Assembly (NCBI GenBank): GCA_002305165.1
Contig: DBQI01000065.1
Span: forward strand, 16,794 to 80,793
Direction of reading: 5' to 3'
Source of the DNA: Armatimonadetes bacterium UBA1398
Lineage (GTDB): Bacteria > Armatimonadota > Zipacnadia > UBA1398
Length of the DNA stretch: 64,000 bases
Shown: in pieces, positions 9,298-19,655 of the stretch
Layout: each line of letters opens with the position of its first letter
Position numbering within the stretch: position 1 is the first letter of the stretch
Program-made: the position numbers and the translations under genes
Notes under the pieces: model-generated
The model's input: only the letters and a program-made list of their open reading frames with translations
Databases searched by the model: none
Told to the model about the DNA's origin: nothing

Positions 9298-10397
9298 GGC
9301 GCATCCTCTTTGTCAGCCATGTGGGGGAGTTGGGGGGCGCGGAGCACTCCCTCGTTACGTTGGTCTCGTGCCTCGATCAGGGCCGCTACGACGCCCACGT
9401 TGCCCTGTCCACCATCGACTCCCCGTTGGGACGCGCGCTGTTAGAGCGGGGCGCTGAGACCCACGCCATCCCATCGCTGCGTCCGCTCCGCCGGCGCGAC
9501 CCGTTCATGCCGATCACCCTCATCCGAGGCCAGCGCGCGTTGTCCGCCCTGGCACGGAGGCTGAGGCCGGACGTCATTCACGCGAACAGCGACGTGTCGA
9601 TGGCGTACGCGGCCGGACTCTACACGGAATCAGGCTCGGGGCGAACCCCCTGGCGGATCGTCTGGCACCTTCGCGACATGCGAGGCGCGGGATACTGGGT
9701 CCGCCACCTTCGCGATCACTCTCACGCGCGCATCGCAGTGAGCCGAGCGGTGCTCGATCATCACGGCCTACACGCCTGCGAGCGGTCGCGAGTCATCTAT
9801 AACGGAGTCGACCTGTCACGCTTCCGACCGGGTCTATCGGGGGCGTCCATCCGACGCGAGCTGGCGATTGGCGCGGACCGTGTGCTGTGCCTCTGCGTGG
9901 CTCAGGCGGTCCCATGGAAGAACCTGGACACATTCGCCGGGCTCTCCGGTGAGGGGTACGAACGGCTGCTCATCGCCTATCCTCCCCCGGGAGGCAGGCC
10001 CATGGCCTGTCCCGCTTCTGGACCGGGGCTGCAAGTGGTCGGCTACCGCGACGATATGCCCGAGGTGTACGCGGCCGCGGACGTGCTCGTCCATCCGGCC
10101 ATCGGCGAGGCCTTCGGCCGCACGGTGGTCGAGGCCATGGCGTGCGGAGTGCCGGTGGTCGCCTACCGCCATGGAGGACCCGCGGAGACGATCGTGCATG
10201 GAGTGAGCGGCCTGCTCGTCGACCCGAAGGAACCGGAGGCCTTGGAGTGTGCCGTGGATCGTCTCGTGGCCGACGCTGACCTCCGGGGCCGCCTCGCTGT
10301 CGGTGCGGCCGAGCGGGCCCAGGCGTTTTCCTCCGAGAGTCACGCGGCCCAGGTGGAAGCGTTCTACGAGGATCTCATCGAGGGGGGAGCGGGGTGA
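9294..10397 (+). CDS. GT4 family glycosyltransferase (GT-B fold)
   Basis: C-terminal retaining-GT4 signature [25 protein letters not shown]; GTGA overlap with next gene. Confidence 0.8.
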   Translation: MRRILFVSHVGELGGAEHSLVTLVSCLDQGRYDAHVALSTIDSPLGRALLERGAETHAIPSLRPLRRRDPFMPITLIRGQRALSALARRLRPDVIHANSDVSMAYAAGLYTESGSGRTPWRIVWHLRDMRGAGYWVRHLRDHSHARIAVSRAVLDHHGLHACERSRVIYNGVDLSRFRPGLSGASIRRELAIGADRVLCLCVAQAVPWKNLDTFAGLSGEGYERLLIAYPPPGGRPMACPASGPGLQVVGYRDDMPEVYAAADVLVHPAIGEAFGRTVVEAMACGVPVVAYRHGGPAETIVHGVSGLLVDPKEPEALECAVDRLVADADLRGRLAVGAAERAQAFSSESHAAQVEAFYEDLIEGGAG

Positions 10398-11512
10398 GGG
10401 TCGGCATCGACTGCTCGGTCCTTCACGGACGCTTCTCCGGTGTGGAGAAGGCCGTCCGTGGGCTGATCGGAGGGCTGGCCGAGACCCAGGGCGAGCAGGA
10501 GCTGGTCCTCCTCTGTGGGCGCAAGCCGCCGCTCGATCTCCCGTTGCCATCGGGCATGGTGTGGCACTGCAGCGACTTCGACCCAGCCAACAGACTCCGC
10601 CGCATCGCCTTCCAACAGTGGGAGCTGCCCCGACTGGCCAAGCGCCTGGGCCTCGACGTGCTACACGGACCGGCCTATATAACGCCTGTTCACGCCCGCT
10701 TCCCGACTCTAGTGAGCGTGTACGACCTGATGGTCTTCCTCTATCCCGACCTCTGCGCACGAGCCAACCGTGTGCACTATCGCCTGGTCATGCCGCGCTG
10801 CGTGCCACGTTGCGAGCGGGTCCTCGTGCCTAGCGCCATCGTGGGGTCCTCGGTCGTGGAGACGCTCAGGGTGGATCCGGCTCGTGTCCGAGTGTCGCAC
10901 CTTGGCCTGGACCCCATCTTCGCGAGGTCCCCAGACGCGGAGGAGGTCGCCTCCCTCCGGGACCGACTGAACTTGCCCGAGCGGTTCCTCCTGTTCGTCG
11001 GCAATCTGGAGCCCAAGAAGGGCCTCGATGTCCTCGTCCGCGCGCTGGGTAGGCTCCGCGAGGGCCCGCCCCTCGTTATCGCGGGCAAGCGCGCTTGGGG
11101 CGTGGGCGGACTCGATGAGCTGATCGCCTCTGAGGGCATCCAAGACCGCGTTACGTTCACGGGGTACGTGCCCGATGAGGATCTCCCCGCCCTGTACGCG
11201 GCGGCCCGCTGGTTCGTGTTCCCCTCCATCTACGAAGGCTTCGGCCTGCCGCCCCTGGAGGCTATGGCATCTGGAACACCAGTGATCGCCTCCGATGGTG
11301 GCGCGCTCCCGGAGACCACCGGCGATGCCTGCGTCCGCGTCGAGGCGGGCAGCGTAGAGGAGCTCGCGGAGGCGATATCGGCTTCCTGGGGCGACGATGC
11401 CCTACGCGAGAGCCTGTCACGTGCCGGCGTCGTGCAGGCGAGCCGGTTCTCCTGGAGAAACCACGCTCTGGACGCGCGGCAGCTCTACGCGGAGGTGCGC
11501 CATGGACCCTAG
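10394..11512 (+). CDS. GT4 family glycosyltransferase
   Basis: GTG start overlapping previous stop; signature [22 protein letters not shown]. Confidence 0.8.
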   Translation: MRVGIDCSVLHGRFSGVEKAVRGLIGGLAETQGEQELVLLCGRKPPLDLPLPSGMVWHCSDFDPANRLRRIAFQQWELPRLAKRLGLDVLHGPAYITPVHARFPTLVSVYDLMVFLYPDLCARANRVHYRLVMPRCVPRCERVLVPSAIVGSSVVETLRVDPARVRVSHLGLDPIFARSPDAEEVASLRDRLNLPERFLLFVGNLEPKKGLDVLVRALGRLREGPPLVIAGKRAWGVGGLDELIASEGIQDRVTFTGYVPDEDLPALYAAARWFVFPSIYEGFGLPPLEAMASGTPVIASDGGALPETTGDACVRVEAGSVEELAEAISASWGDDALRESLSRAGVVQASRFSWRNHALDARQLYAEVRHGP

Positions 11513-12704
11513 CGCGCGGATCGCCTATGTGCTTGGCTCGTTCCCGAGCCCATCGGAGACGTTCATCCTGACAGAGATGTCTCTGCTGCGAGAGCGGGAC
11601 ATTGAGCCACTCGTCGTCGCACTCGAGCGTGGCCCCGATGTGGGCGACGACCGCGTCGCGGCTCTTGAGGCTGCGGCTCGCTACCGTCCCGCGCGATGGG
11701 TCTGCGTCCTGCAGAGCCTGCTCTACGGCATCGGCGGGGATGCCCGCGCCCGACTCCACGGCGCCGCAGCGGCGCGGTTCGCGGAGCAGCTGGCCCCTCT
11801 GACCCCGACGCATGTACACGCTCACTTCATGGGGGCGCCAACCCTCGTAGGCCACGCCATGGCCCGCATGATGGGGCTCAGCTTCACCTTCAGTTGCCAC
11901 GCCTCCGATGTCTTCACGGCCGGCGACCCCACTCCCGAGGAGCATGCGGCCGTCTATGACGCCCACGCAATCATCGCATGCTCCGAGTACCTCCGGAAGC
12001 ACCTCATCGAGCGCAGGGGGTACCCCCGCGAGAAGGTCATCACCATCCACCATGGCATCGATCTGAGTCGAGTGCCGGAGCGCGCGGCTCCGACCGATTC
12101 CACCGAGCCGGTCTTGGTGGCCGTAGGCCGACTGGTTCCCAAGAAGGGCTTCGATGTGCTGCTGCGCGCGGCCGCGCCGATGCTGAAACAGGATCGGATC
12201 GCCCTGCGGATCGCAGGGGAGGGCCCTGAAGGAACGCGGCTTAGAGCCCTTGCCGTCGATCTCGGCGTGTTGGACCGGGTGGAGTTCCTCGGCCGGCTCA
12301 CGTGGGAGGACACCCTGCGGACGATAGCCGAGTCCAGCGCACTCATCGCGCCCTCAGTGACGGCCGAGGACGGCGACATGGACGGGATCCCCAACGTCCT
12401 CCTGGAGGCTGGCGCGTTGGGAGTGCCGGTCATCGCGAGCCGGCTGTCCGGCATCCCCGAGCTCGTCGAGGACGGCAAGACCGGGCTGCTCACAGCCTCC
12501 GGGGATGAAGGGGCGCTTGGCAAGGCGCTCCGCCGCGTCGCGGACAGCGCGGACCTTCGGGCGCAGCTCGGAGGAGCCTCTCGCGAACGGATCCGCCGCG
12601 AGTGGAGCGCAGCCGACTCCGTAGGCCAGATCGCTGGCTTGTTCCGCGAGGCAGCGGCTCACACGACTGTGCCGGTCGAAGGCATCGAAGGGGCGCGTGC
12701 GTGA
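11502..12704 (+). CDS. GT4 family glycosyltransferase
   Basis: Start set at ATG 11502 (M36 of track ORF 11397..12704), 11-nt overlap with previous gene; signature GIPNVLLEAGALGVPVIASRLSGIPELV. Confidence 0.75.
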   Translation: MDPSARIAYVLGSFPSPSETFILTEMSLLRERDIEPLVVALERGPDVGDDRVAALEAAARYRPARWVCVLQSLLYGIGGDARARLHGAAAARFAEQLAPLTPTHVHAHFMGAPTLVGHAMARMMGLSFTFSCHASDVFTAGDPTPEEHAAVYDAHAIIACSEYLRKHLIERRGYPREKVITIHHGIDLSRVPERAAPTDSTEPVLVAVGRLVPKKGFDVLLRAAAPMLKQDRIALRIAGEGPEGTRLRALAVDLGVLDRVEFLGRLTWEDTLRTIAESSALIAPSVTAEDGDMDGIPNVLLEAGALGVPVIASRLSGIPELVEDGKTGLLTASGDEGALGKALRRVADSADLRAQLGGASRERIRREWSAADSVGQIAGLFREAAAHTTVPVEGIEGARA

Positions 12705-13642
12705 CCGCATCCCCGAGCGCCGCGAGGATACTCGTTGCCGATGACGACGCGCAGCTTTGCGACGCCCTCGTCCAGCTTCTCGGCGTTGCCGGCCACTCGG
12801 TTCAGACCGCTGGCGACGGGTATGCCTGCATCGAGGCCATCCGGGCTTTCGAGCCCGATGTGCTGATCCTCGATCTCTCCATGCCGAACCTGGATGGTTA
12901 CGGCGTCATCCGCGAGATGGAGGTTCTCGATCTCGCGAGCCAGCCGCCCGATGTCATCGTCCTGACTGGGCACGCCGGCGTCTCGGAGGGGGCACGGGCC
13001 ATTCGCTCGGGGGCCATCGGCTTCCTCACCAAGCCGGCGCGGAGCGTCGAGCTCCTCACCCTCATCGATCGCGCGGTGGCGGCCCGACGGGCCCTCGACC
13101 AGAAGCTCAGCGCCTTCAGCGAGTCTCGCAAGCACTGGGAGTGTTCGGTGGCTTGCCAAAGACGCAACATACGCCACGTTGTGAACCACATCGCGGCGGA
13201 GATCGAGGTCACGGGCCTGATCCCGCCCCGAGGCATACGGCGGATCCTCATGGCGGCCGACGAGGCGATCACCAACGCGGTCGTCCACGGAGGCCTGGAA
13301 GTCGGGTCGCTGATCAAAGAACGGGCCGATTCCCTCGGCTTCGAGCAGGCCTGCGCCATTCGGGAGGCCCAGGCTGGGCACGGTGACCGTCGGGTGACTG
13401 TCGCCCTGGACATCAACCCTGACGAGTTGGTCATCACTATCCAGGACCAGGGCCCCGGGTTCGATGTGTCGGACCTGCCCGATCCGAGCGATCCGGACGC
13501 GCTATTCAGGGCGAGCGGCCGTGGTATCATCATCATGCAGTCCCTGCTTGATGAGGTCCGGTTCGAGGACGCCGGCAGACGAACCATCATGGTTCAGCGA
13601 GCGCGTGGTACCATAGAGGCGTCAGCCAAGCAGGTGATGTGA
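12701..13642 (+). CDS. response regulator receiver (REC) domain fused to RsbW/SpoIIAB-like HATPase_c domain
   Basis: GTG 12701 overlaps previous stop (GTGA). REC motifs ILVADDD, LILDLSMPNLDG, LTKPA; C-terminal GHKL-type ATPase-like region; no HisKA or DNA-binding domain seen. Confidence 0.6.
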   Translation: MTASPSAARILVADDDAQLCDALVQLLGVAGHSVQTAGDGYACIEAIRAFEPDVLILDLSMPNLDGYGVIREMEVLDLASQPPDVIVLTGHAGVSEGARAIRSGAIGFLTKPARSVELLTLIDRAVAARRALDQKLSAFSESRKHWECSVACQRRNIRHVVNHIAAEIEVTGLIPPRGIRRILMAADEAITNAVVHGGLEVGSLIKERADSLGFEQACAIREAQAGHGDRRVTVALDINPDELVITIQDQGPGFDVSDLPDPSDPDALFRASGRGIIIMQSLLDEVRFEDAGRRTIMVQRARGTIEASAKQVM

Positions 13643-13748
13643 GTGCGAACGTCAAACATAGAGTGCGCTGAACGGTCGAGGCTCGGGATTCGTTTCCGAA
13701 TCGGCCGTGTGTTGTTTTGCGCCCGTGCTACGGGAAGGATTGGCCACT

Positions 13749-14534
13749 ATGCGTAGGCTAGCGGGACTTTGCGCTTCCATCATCGGCGTCGGAGCCCTCG
13801 TGGGCGTACTGCTCGCGCAGGGTCCGGCGGACGATGTCGCCCGGGCTCAAACGGGGATGCCCGCGGCCCCAAGTGCTCCGGGAGCGGCGGGGACCGGCGC
13901 GATGATGGGCGGCGGCATGATGGGTGGCGGGATGATGGGCATGGGTGGCGCGGCTGCCACCGATGCGGCGCCCGCCGCGCCTACCGTTACGGTCACCCGG
14001 CAGGTGAAGGACGATCTGGCCGAGGGCGACGACGTGGTTGTCGATGTCGTCAACGGCGCCACCCTGCAGCTTCAGAATGGCGTCGACGGCCAGGTCTTCG
14101 TGCGCCTCGATGGAGTCGTTCTGCCACGCGAGTCCGTTCGGCTGCGCTCGGACTGGACCAAGGTCGAGGGCACGGGGGATCCCTGGGACTGGCGCCGTTT
14201 TGATGGCGCGCTCTACAAGGACGCCACCATCCCCGACATTGAGACCTACCGCAAGGGGGAGGACGAGCTTCGGGCCTTCGTGATGGACACCGTCGTCAAC
14301 CGGACCGTCACGGTGGAGAAGGTCGGCGACTTCCTCCAAGCCAACGGCAAGACGATCCCTGCCGTGAAGATCACCTACACCCGCCCCGAGATCCTCATAG
14401 GGCAGGACACGGGCCCCTTCGACCTCAATGCCGAGGTCATCGCGAAGACCAAAGCCTTGGGCCTCTGGAACTGCATGTGGGACCGCGGGAAGCCGAAGGC
14501 ATTCGACTGCAGCACGCAGAGATGGGCCAACTAG
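13749..14534 (+). CDS. secreted protein with Met/Gly-rich repeat (MMGGGMMGGGMMGMGG)
   Basis: Start at internal ATG giving signal peptide MRRLAGLCASIIGVGALVGVLLAQG; Met/Gly repeat then globular C-terminal domain with two Cys. Confidence 0.5.
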   Translation: MRRLAGLCASIIGVGALVGVLLAQGPADDVARAQTGMPAAPSAPGAAGTGAMMGGGMMGGGMMGMGGAAATDAAPAAPTVTVTRQVKDDLAEGDDVVVDVVNGATLQLQNGVDGQVFVRLDGVVLPRESVRLRSDWTKVEGTGDPWDWRRFDGALYKDATIPDIETYRKGEDELRAFVMDTVVNRTVTVEKVGDFLQANGKTIPAVKITYTRPEILIGQDTGPFDLNAEVIAKTKALGLWNCMWDRGKPKAFDCSTQRWAN

Positions 14535-14560
14535 GCGGGTTAGCCAGACGGTCTAGTCCT

Positions 14561-14591
14561 AGAGGGGGCAGCTCCTAGAGCTGCCCCCTCT
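14561..14591. terminator. GC-rich hairpin between convergent genes (candidate bidirectional terminator)
   Basis: Perfect inverted repeat AGAGGGGGCAGCTC / GAGCTGCCCCCTCT with a 3-nt loop; no U-tract. Confidence 0.4.
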
Positions 14592-17166
14592 AACGTACCG
14601 GTCTCTGATCTGTGCGCTCAACCCTCACGGCCCCCGCCGCCTGGGCCTCGCGGTAGACATCCCTCGTTATGCGGTAGGGCAACGGGTCTGGAACCCCAGT
14701 GATCGAAAGGGGCCTGGGCGCGACCATAGCCGCCAGATGGGGCAGGTCCACGACAGACAGGATGTGGGGAGCCCGAGGCCCTGAGCGCCCCGCGGAGTAG
14801 GTCGGCCCGAGTTCGCGCACGTCCACGGCCTGGATGTTCGTGTCCATCGCCGCGGCGATCAGCGCCAGAACCCCGGCATCAGACCACGCGAGCAGCGAGA
14901 CTCGGGCCGGGTCGACCCCTGGCTGGGCGCGCAACCAGGCTACAGCGGCCAACATGTCGCGAGCGCCCTCCACGGCGGCGGGGCAGCCGAGGATCACCCC
15001 GTTCATGTTCAGCGTCTGCTTCGGGCCGGCCCCGGCGCACTCACCCATCCAGCGCGGATCCAACAGGAGCACGCGGCCTCCGCCCGCTACGACGCGGTGC
15101 AGCTCGCGGCGCGAACTCGACCAAGCCAAGCGCTTGCCCTCAGGATGCACGACAACCACCGCCGGTCCGGGGTCAGTGGATCCCTCGGGCTCGATCAGCA
15201 TCGCCGGAATGCTGAAGTCCGGATCGACGGCCAGGCTGAGCATCCTGGTTCGGAGCCCCACGACCTGGCCCTCGGTCACCTGGGTGGACCCGGGGACGGA
15301 CGGCGGGGCGAGCATGCCGCGTGACCACGCCAGCAGCTTGCCTCGCACCTGCTCGTTACACGCCTGGATCGTTCCGAGTGAGCGCAGTCGGGTGTACTGC
15401 TCGCCTCGACGCAGGTCGAACTCGCGCGCTATCGCCGCCAGCCCATCGGACTCAGGAGGGCTGTCCAGCGCGCTGAGCTCCTCGACCGTGGGGACTGGCA
15501 CGTCAAGCTCAGCCACTGGGCCGGCGTCGGGAAGCTCCCTGAGCCACCGATCCATGAACTGGTAGGTCTCCTCTCGCATGGCCTGGTTGTAGTCGTGGCC
15601 GGACTCGTGATGGGTGGCCCAGAGCTTCTCCTGAGCCCCGTAGAGCCCATAGACAGCCTGGACCTGGGGGAGATCCTCTGCGGGGAAGGTCGCCGTCCAG
15701 TCGCCCGTCACGGTGATGATGAGCGCCGGATCCGGCGCCATCCGGGCCGCCATCTCCGGAGCGTCGGTGTCCGCAGCCACCCCGGGCACATGATTGCAGT
15801 CGCAGTGGACCTCGTAGGGGTCCAGGATGGTGCGGAACTTGGACACCATGCAGACGGGAACTGCCGCCCTGAGCCGATCATCGACCGCCATGAGGTAGAA
15901 GGTCTGCTGGGCCCCTCCGGATACGCCGGCGCTGCCTATCCTATCGGGGTCAACGAAGGGGAGGGATTGCAGCAGGTCGATGGCGCGGATGTTGTTCCAC
16001 GTCATGACGGTCTGGGGCATGATCCCCCGCTCCCAGTCGTAGAGATGCACGCTGTCGGGAGCCAGGCAGACGTACCCCCGGAGCGCCAGGTTCACGAGGC
16101 GGGCCTGCACAATGGGGTGGCGGTTCCCGTTCTCCCAATGGCCGTGGGGGTTCAGCACGGCGCAAGCTCTGCCCTCGATATGGTCGGGCCGATAGAGGTA
16201 CCCTGCCGCCCAGTAGCCCGGCCAGGACTCCCAGTAGAGGCGCTGGACGGTGTAGCCCTCCCGCTCCATGCGGCGCCCCCAGTGGACATTCACCGGCCCA
16301 CGGCTGGGCAGCGGCCATAGGCCCAGGTCATCCAGCACTCTCTCGCGGATCTCATCGCGTCGCGCTTTCCACGCAGTCAGGTCTGCGGGCCTCCAGGGTC
16401 TAGGCTGGGCGATCCGCGTTAGGTAGGATGCGTACTGGTCTCGCATGGACTGGGGTGACAGAACCTCCATTGCCTGTGCCTCCCTAACTGCGGCCAACAC
16501 CTCGGGCGGTGTGCCGCGCCAGATGCTCAGGTTGTCGAGATCGCCCACATAGGGCTGGTGGGTGTCCAGGTTGTTGCCGGCACGGAGTTGTACTTCGGAG
16601 GGGCCCCCGGGGCCGGGCTGAGCGAGGGCTCGCAGTTCGCCGTCGATCTCCACCCACGCGAGCGCCAACTCGGCGTCGTGGCCCGCGCGGACACGGTGCC
16701 ATTCACCGTCGTTCACCGCGCCTGCGCTTCCCAGCTTCACCCGGCGCCACGACCACAGCTCGAAGGACAGGTGCCCGGGATCGCGGCCGATCACGACGCT
16801 CCAACTGACCTCACCCCCGGGTGCCGTCTTCGTCATCAGCAGTGTTGCGAAGCTCCGCTGCACGGTGCGCATGAGGAACTCGATCGTGAAGCTACTCTCG
16901 CTGTCGAATGCCCAGGCCGAGGATCCCGGCCACGTGATGGCTTCCGAGCCTTCGGAGAAGCTCAGCCAGCGGTTCTGCCCTTCACCGGCCCGGAGACCAT
17001 CGGCCACTGGGACTTCCACGGCCAGGGCCCCGTCACCAACGGCCGGGCCAGATTGCTCGTCGAAGCCCCAGGAAGCCACCAGATCCATCTGAGCCTGCCC
17101 CGACGACGCCAGCAGCGCCCCTACCATGGCAAGGCCGGCCCAGTGCGAACGATACACTCCCATCAC
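14590..17166 (-). CDS. secreted LamG/concanavalin-like lectin domain plus alpha/beta-hydrolase (esterase/peptidase-like) protein
   Basis: 858 aa; signal peptide; N-terminal LamG-like segment (FTIEFLMRT...GEWHRV); C-terminal hydrolase with nucleophile elbow GVSGGAQQT. Confidence 0.55.
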   Translation of the reverse strand: MMGVYRSHWAGLAMVGALLASSGQAQMDLVASWGFDEQSGPAVGDGALAVEVPVADGLRAGEGQNRWLSFSEGSEAITWPGSSAWAFDSESSFTIEFLMRTVQRSFATLLMTKTAPGGEVSWSVVIGRDPGHLSFELWSWRRVKLGSAGAVNDGEWHRVRAGHDAELALAWVEIDGELRALAQPGPGGPSEVQLRAGNNLDTHQPYVGDLDNLSIWRGTPPEVLAAVREAQAMEVLSPQSMRDQYASYLTRIAQPRPWRPADLTAWKARRDEIRERVLDDLGLWPLPSRGPVNVHWGRRMEREGYTVQRLYWESWPGYWAAGYLYRPDHIEGRACAVLNPHGHWENGNRHPIVQARLVNLALRGYVCLAPDSVHLYDWERGIMPQTVMTWNNIRAIDLLQSLPFVDPDRIGSAGVSGGAQQTFYLMAVDDRLRAAVPVCMVSKFRTILDPYEVHCDCNHVPGVAADTDAPEMAARMAPDPALIITVTGDWTATFPAEDLPQVQAVYGLYGAQEKLWATHHESGHDYNQAMREETYQFMDRWLRELPDAGPVAELDVPVPTVEELSALDSPPESDGLAAIAREFDLRRGEQYTRLRSLGTIQACNEQVRGKLLAWSRGMLAPPSVPGSTQVTEGQVVGLRTRMLSLAVDPDFSIPAMLIEPEGSTDPGPAVVVVHPEGKRLAWSSSRRELHRVVAGGGRVLLLDPRWMGECAGAGPKQTLNMNGVILGCPAAVEGARDMLAAVAWLRAQPGVDPARVSLLAWSDAGVLALIAAAMDTNIQAVDVRELGPTYSAGRSGPRAPHILSVVDLPHLAAMVAPRPLSITGVPDPLPYRITRDVYREAQAAGAVRVERTDQRPVR

Positions 17167-17177
17167 CCTCCTCGGGG

Positions 17178-19298
17178 CTATGGGAGGCCGAGGTCACGCA
17201 GAGGCTTCAGCGCCGCCTCGGCCCGCTCGTCTTGCCCCAGCGAGCGGTAACACTCCGCCAAACGCAGTCGTTCTTCCTTCTCCGCGGGAGGAACACGGAA
17301 GGCGAACGCCTGCTCGAAAGCCTCGATGGCGCCTCGGGCGTCGCCCGCCTCGTAGAGGGCGTTCCCGAGGGCTTTGTTCAGAGGTCCCAGCACCGTGATG
17401 TCCCAGACGCGCCGCCGGTGTCGTTCGAGGAGCCGCGCTGCCGACTCGGGCTGGCCCAGCGCGCGGCGGATTCGCGACTCCTGGATCACAAGCCTGTCGT
17501 GATGCGGCGCGATCTCCCGACCGAGAGTGATGAGCCCGAAGGCCCCCCACGGATCGCCATAGAGGAGCCGCTCGTCGCTCAGTTCCAGCAGTGGCGCCAT
17601 CGCCATCTCGCGGACGCCACGGTCCGTTGGGTGCTCCGCCATGCACCACCGCGCCCAAGCGAGACACTCCCGGACCAGCGCCTCATATGTGGCGGGGTCC
17701 TCCTCGGCCAGATTCACGGGATGGGCGGTGACTTGGCTGACCCAGCCTCGTGTCTCAAGGTGCGCCCCGGCCGCCTCGTACCAACGCGCCCCCGCGGAGA
17801 ACACCCCGCCAGCCCGCACTGCCAGGCTAGCCAGGTGGCGCTCGCGCTCCAGGAAGACCTGCTGGAAGGACCCCTCGACCTCTTCCTGGCTGGCGCCCAT
17901 CCACTCCTGCACGTAGCGGTACGAGTTGTCATCCAGTTCGGGGGCGAGCCAGACCCGTTGCTCGGTGCTCTGCTCCACATTGCGGCAGTAGTAGAGCGGG
18001 AAGATCCGATGGTCGCCGACGACATGCTCATCACCGCAGATGAGATCCGTTGCGGGATTGCCTAACGCGGCGATAGCCCGGTCGGCGTAGTAAGCGGCCA
18101 TCCACTCGGTGCTCCGATCCACCTCCCTGTAAGTGCGCGGCGTCTCGGCGAGCAGCCAGGCCAGAAGGACTGACAGGATGATCGCCACCGCCTTCCTCCC
18201 CCGCTCCTGGGCATCACCGAGGAGGAAGGCGATCCCGTGCAGGCCGGCCCCCGCCAGCCCAACTATCCCGAGGTAGGCGGGGATGAAGAACACCTCCTGG
18301 TCCATCGCCGTGTAGTTCCAGAAGAAGCCGAGGGAGGCCACCGCTAGCCACGCGAAAGGCGCCAGGCGCGTCCCCGCCGGACGCCACCCCACGACGTACC
18401 CGCCGAGGGCAAGCGCCCAGACGGGAAGCGACAGCTCCGCTGCTAGGCGGTGCCAGTCTCCCCTGAGCATCGTCCCCCAGAGAGGCGGCTGGGCGCCCCA
18501 CATGAACCGGCGGTAGGGGCCTGCTGAGATGGTGAACTTGAAGTCAGCCCAGGTCTTCGGCTTCGCCCAGCAGTACGCGGCTCCCTGATCCAGGTGGGGC
18601 CACGCCCCAGCCCGCAGCGGGAGATGCAGCCATACCAACTGAGACAGCAGGTACCCGCCCACGAAGGCTCCCAGCACGCTCCATCTCAGCCATAGGCGTC
18701 GAGGCTGTCCGATGAACAACGGCAGCAGCCCCAGTTGAAGGAGCGCGTTGAAGGGCCGGTGGGTGACGGCGAGCCCCAGGAGCAGTCCCAGCCCCAGCGC
18801 CCACCACCAGCGCACCGCTTGGCCCGCTTCCAGCCCTCTCCGCATCCGCAGCGCCCCCGCCAGCCCTGCCGTCAGGAGGGCTATGTCGAGGGTGTACACC
18901 TCGGTCAGGGTGGCCTGGTCCCAGACTACAGGGGTCAGGCAGAAGGCCCACGTGAGGAGCAGGGCGGTGACGTCGTGGCGGACCAGCTCGCGTAGTGAGA
19001 TGAACAGGAATAGGCCCGCGAAGCCCAGCCAGATGGCTGAGAGCAGGTTGGCGCTCGCCGCCAGGGAGGCGAGGGGCACGACCTGGCTCCAGCCCCAGGT
19101 CAGGAGCACCCACAATGGGTAGCCGGGCGCATGGGCGATGCCTCGCTGCCCCACGGCGGACAGCAGTTCGCCCGCGTCCCCGAAGGTGATCGATGGCGCC
19201 ACGGTCCAGACCACTACTGCCAGCACACCGAGGGACGAGAGAGCGCCACATACCGGGCAGCTTACGGCGGCGAGGTTAGTGGTCAGGGGACGCTGCAT
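17178..19298 (-). CDS. DUF2723-like multi-pass membrane protein (putative GT-C/PMT-like glycosyltransferase) with C-terminal TPR-like repeats
   Basis: 706 aa; N-terminal about 400 aa of hydrophobic helices with FGDAGELL motif; soluble C-terminal helical repeat region. Confidence 0.55.
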   Translation of the reverse strand: MQRPLTTNLAAVSCPVCGALSSLGVLAVVVWTVAPSITFGDAGELLSAVGQRGIAHAPGYPLWVLLTWGWSQVVPLASLAASANLLSAIWLGFAGLFLFISLRELVRHDVTALLLTWAFCLTPVVWDQATLTEVYTLDIALLTAGLAGALRMRRGLEAGQAVRWWWALGLGLLLGLAVTHRPFNALLQLGLLPLFIGQPRRLWLRWSVLGAFVGGYLLSQLVWLHLPLRAGAWPHLDQGAAYCWAKPKTWADFKFTISAGPYRRFMWGAQPPLWGTMLRGDWHRLAAELSLPVWALALGGYVVGWRPAGTRLAPFAWLAVASLGFFWNYTAMDQEVFFIPAYLGIVGLAGAGLHGIAFLLGDAQERGRKAVAIILSVLLAWLLAETPRTYREVDRSTEWMAAYYADRAIAALGNPATDLICGDEHVVGDHRIFPLYYCRNVEQSTEQRVWLAPELDDNSYRYVQEWMGASQEEVEGSFQQVFLERERHLASLAVRAGGVFSAGARWYEAAGAHLETRGWVSQVTAHPVNLAEEDPATYEALVRECLAWARWCMAEHPTDRGVREMAMAPLLELSDERLLYGDPWGAFGLITLGREIAPHHDRLVIQESRIRRALGQPESAARLLERHRRRVWDITVLGPLNKALGNALYEAGDARGAIEAFEQAFAFRVPPAEKEERLRLAECYRSLGQDERAEAALKPLRDLGLP

Positions 19299-19655
19299 AC
19301 CGGAGAGGGATCAGCCACCCAGCCCGCGACCCGCGGGCAGCTTAGTACTGCCGCTTCGCGCGCGTTGAGAGCAGGTTGCCGAGCCCAGGAAGTCGCCTCC
19401 TTGGCCATGGGTCGTGGTGTGCCACATCACGGTTCGGTGCCCGCACACTGTCGTCACGCAGGTCTGCGCACAAGGTTCCGCACTGTTGCGGAAGCTTTGT
19501 GTCGTCTTCCCCGCATGAGTGCGCTGACCTGCCGCGCAGCTCTGTCGGAGGACGGCGCGCAGGCTGCGGGAATACCGAAAGCAACGGTGCAGGCACGCTC
19601 GGAGGCCCGTCGGGTCCTAAAGAGACGTGTCATCCGCTGGTTCGGAGGAGTGTCG

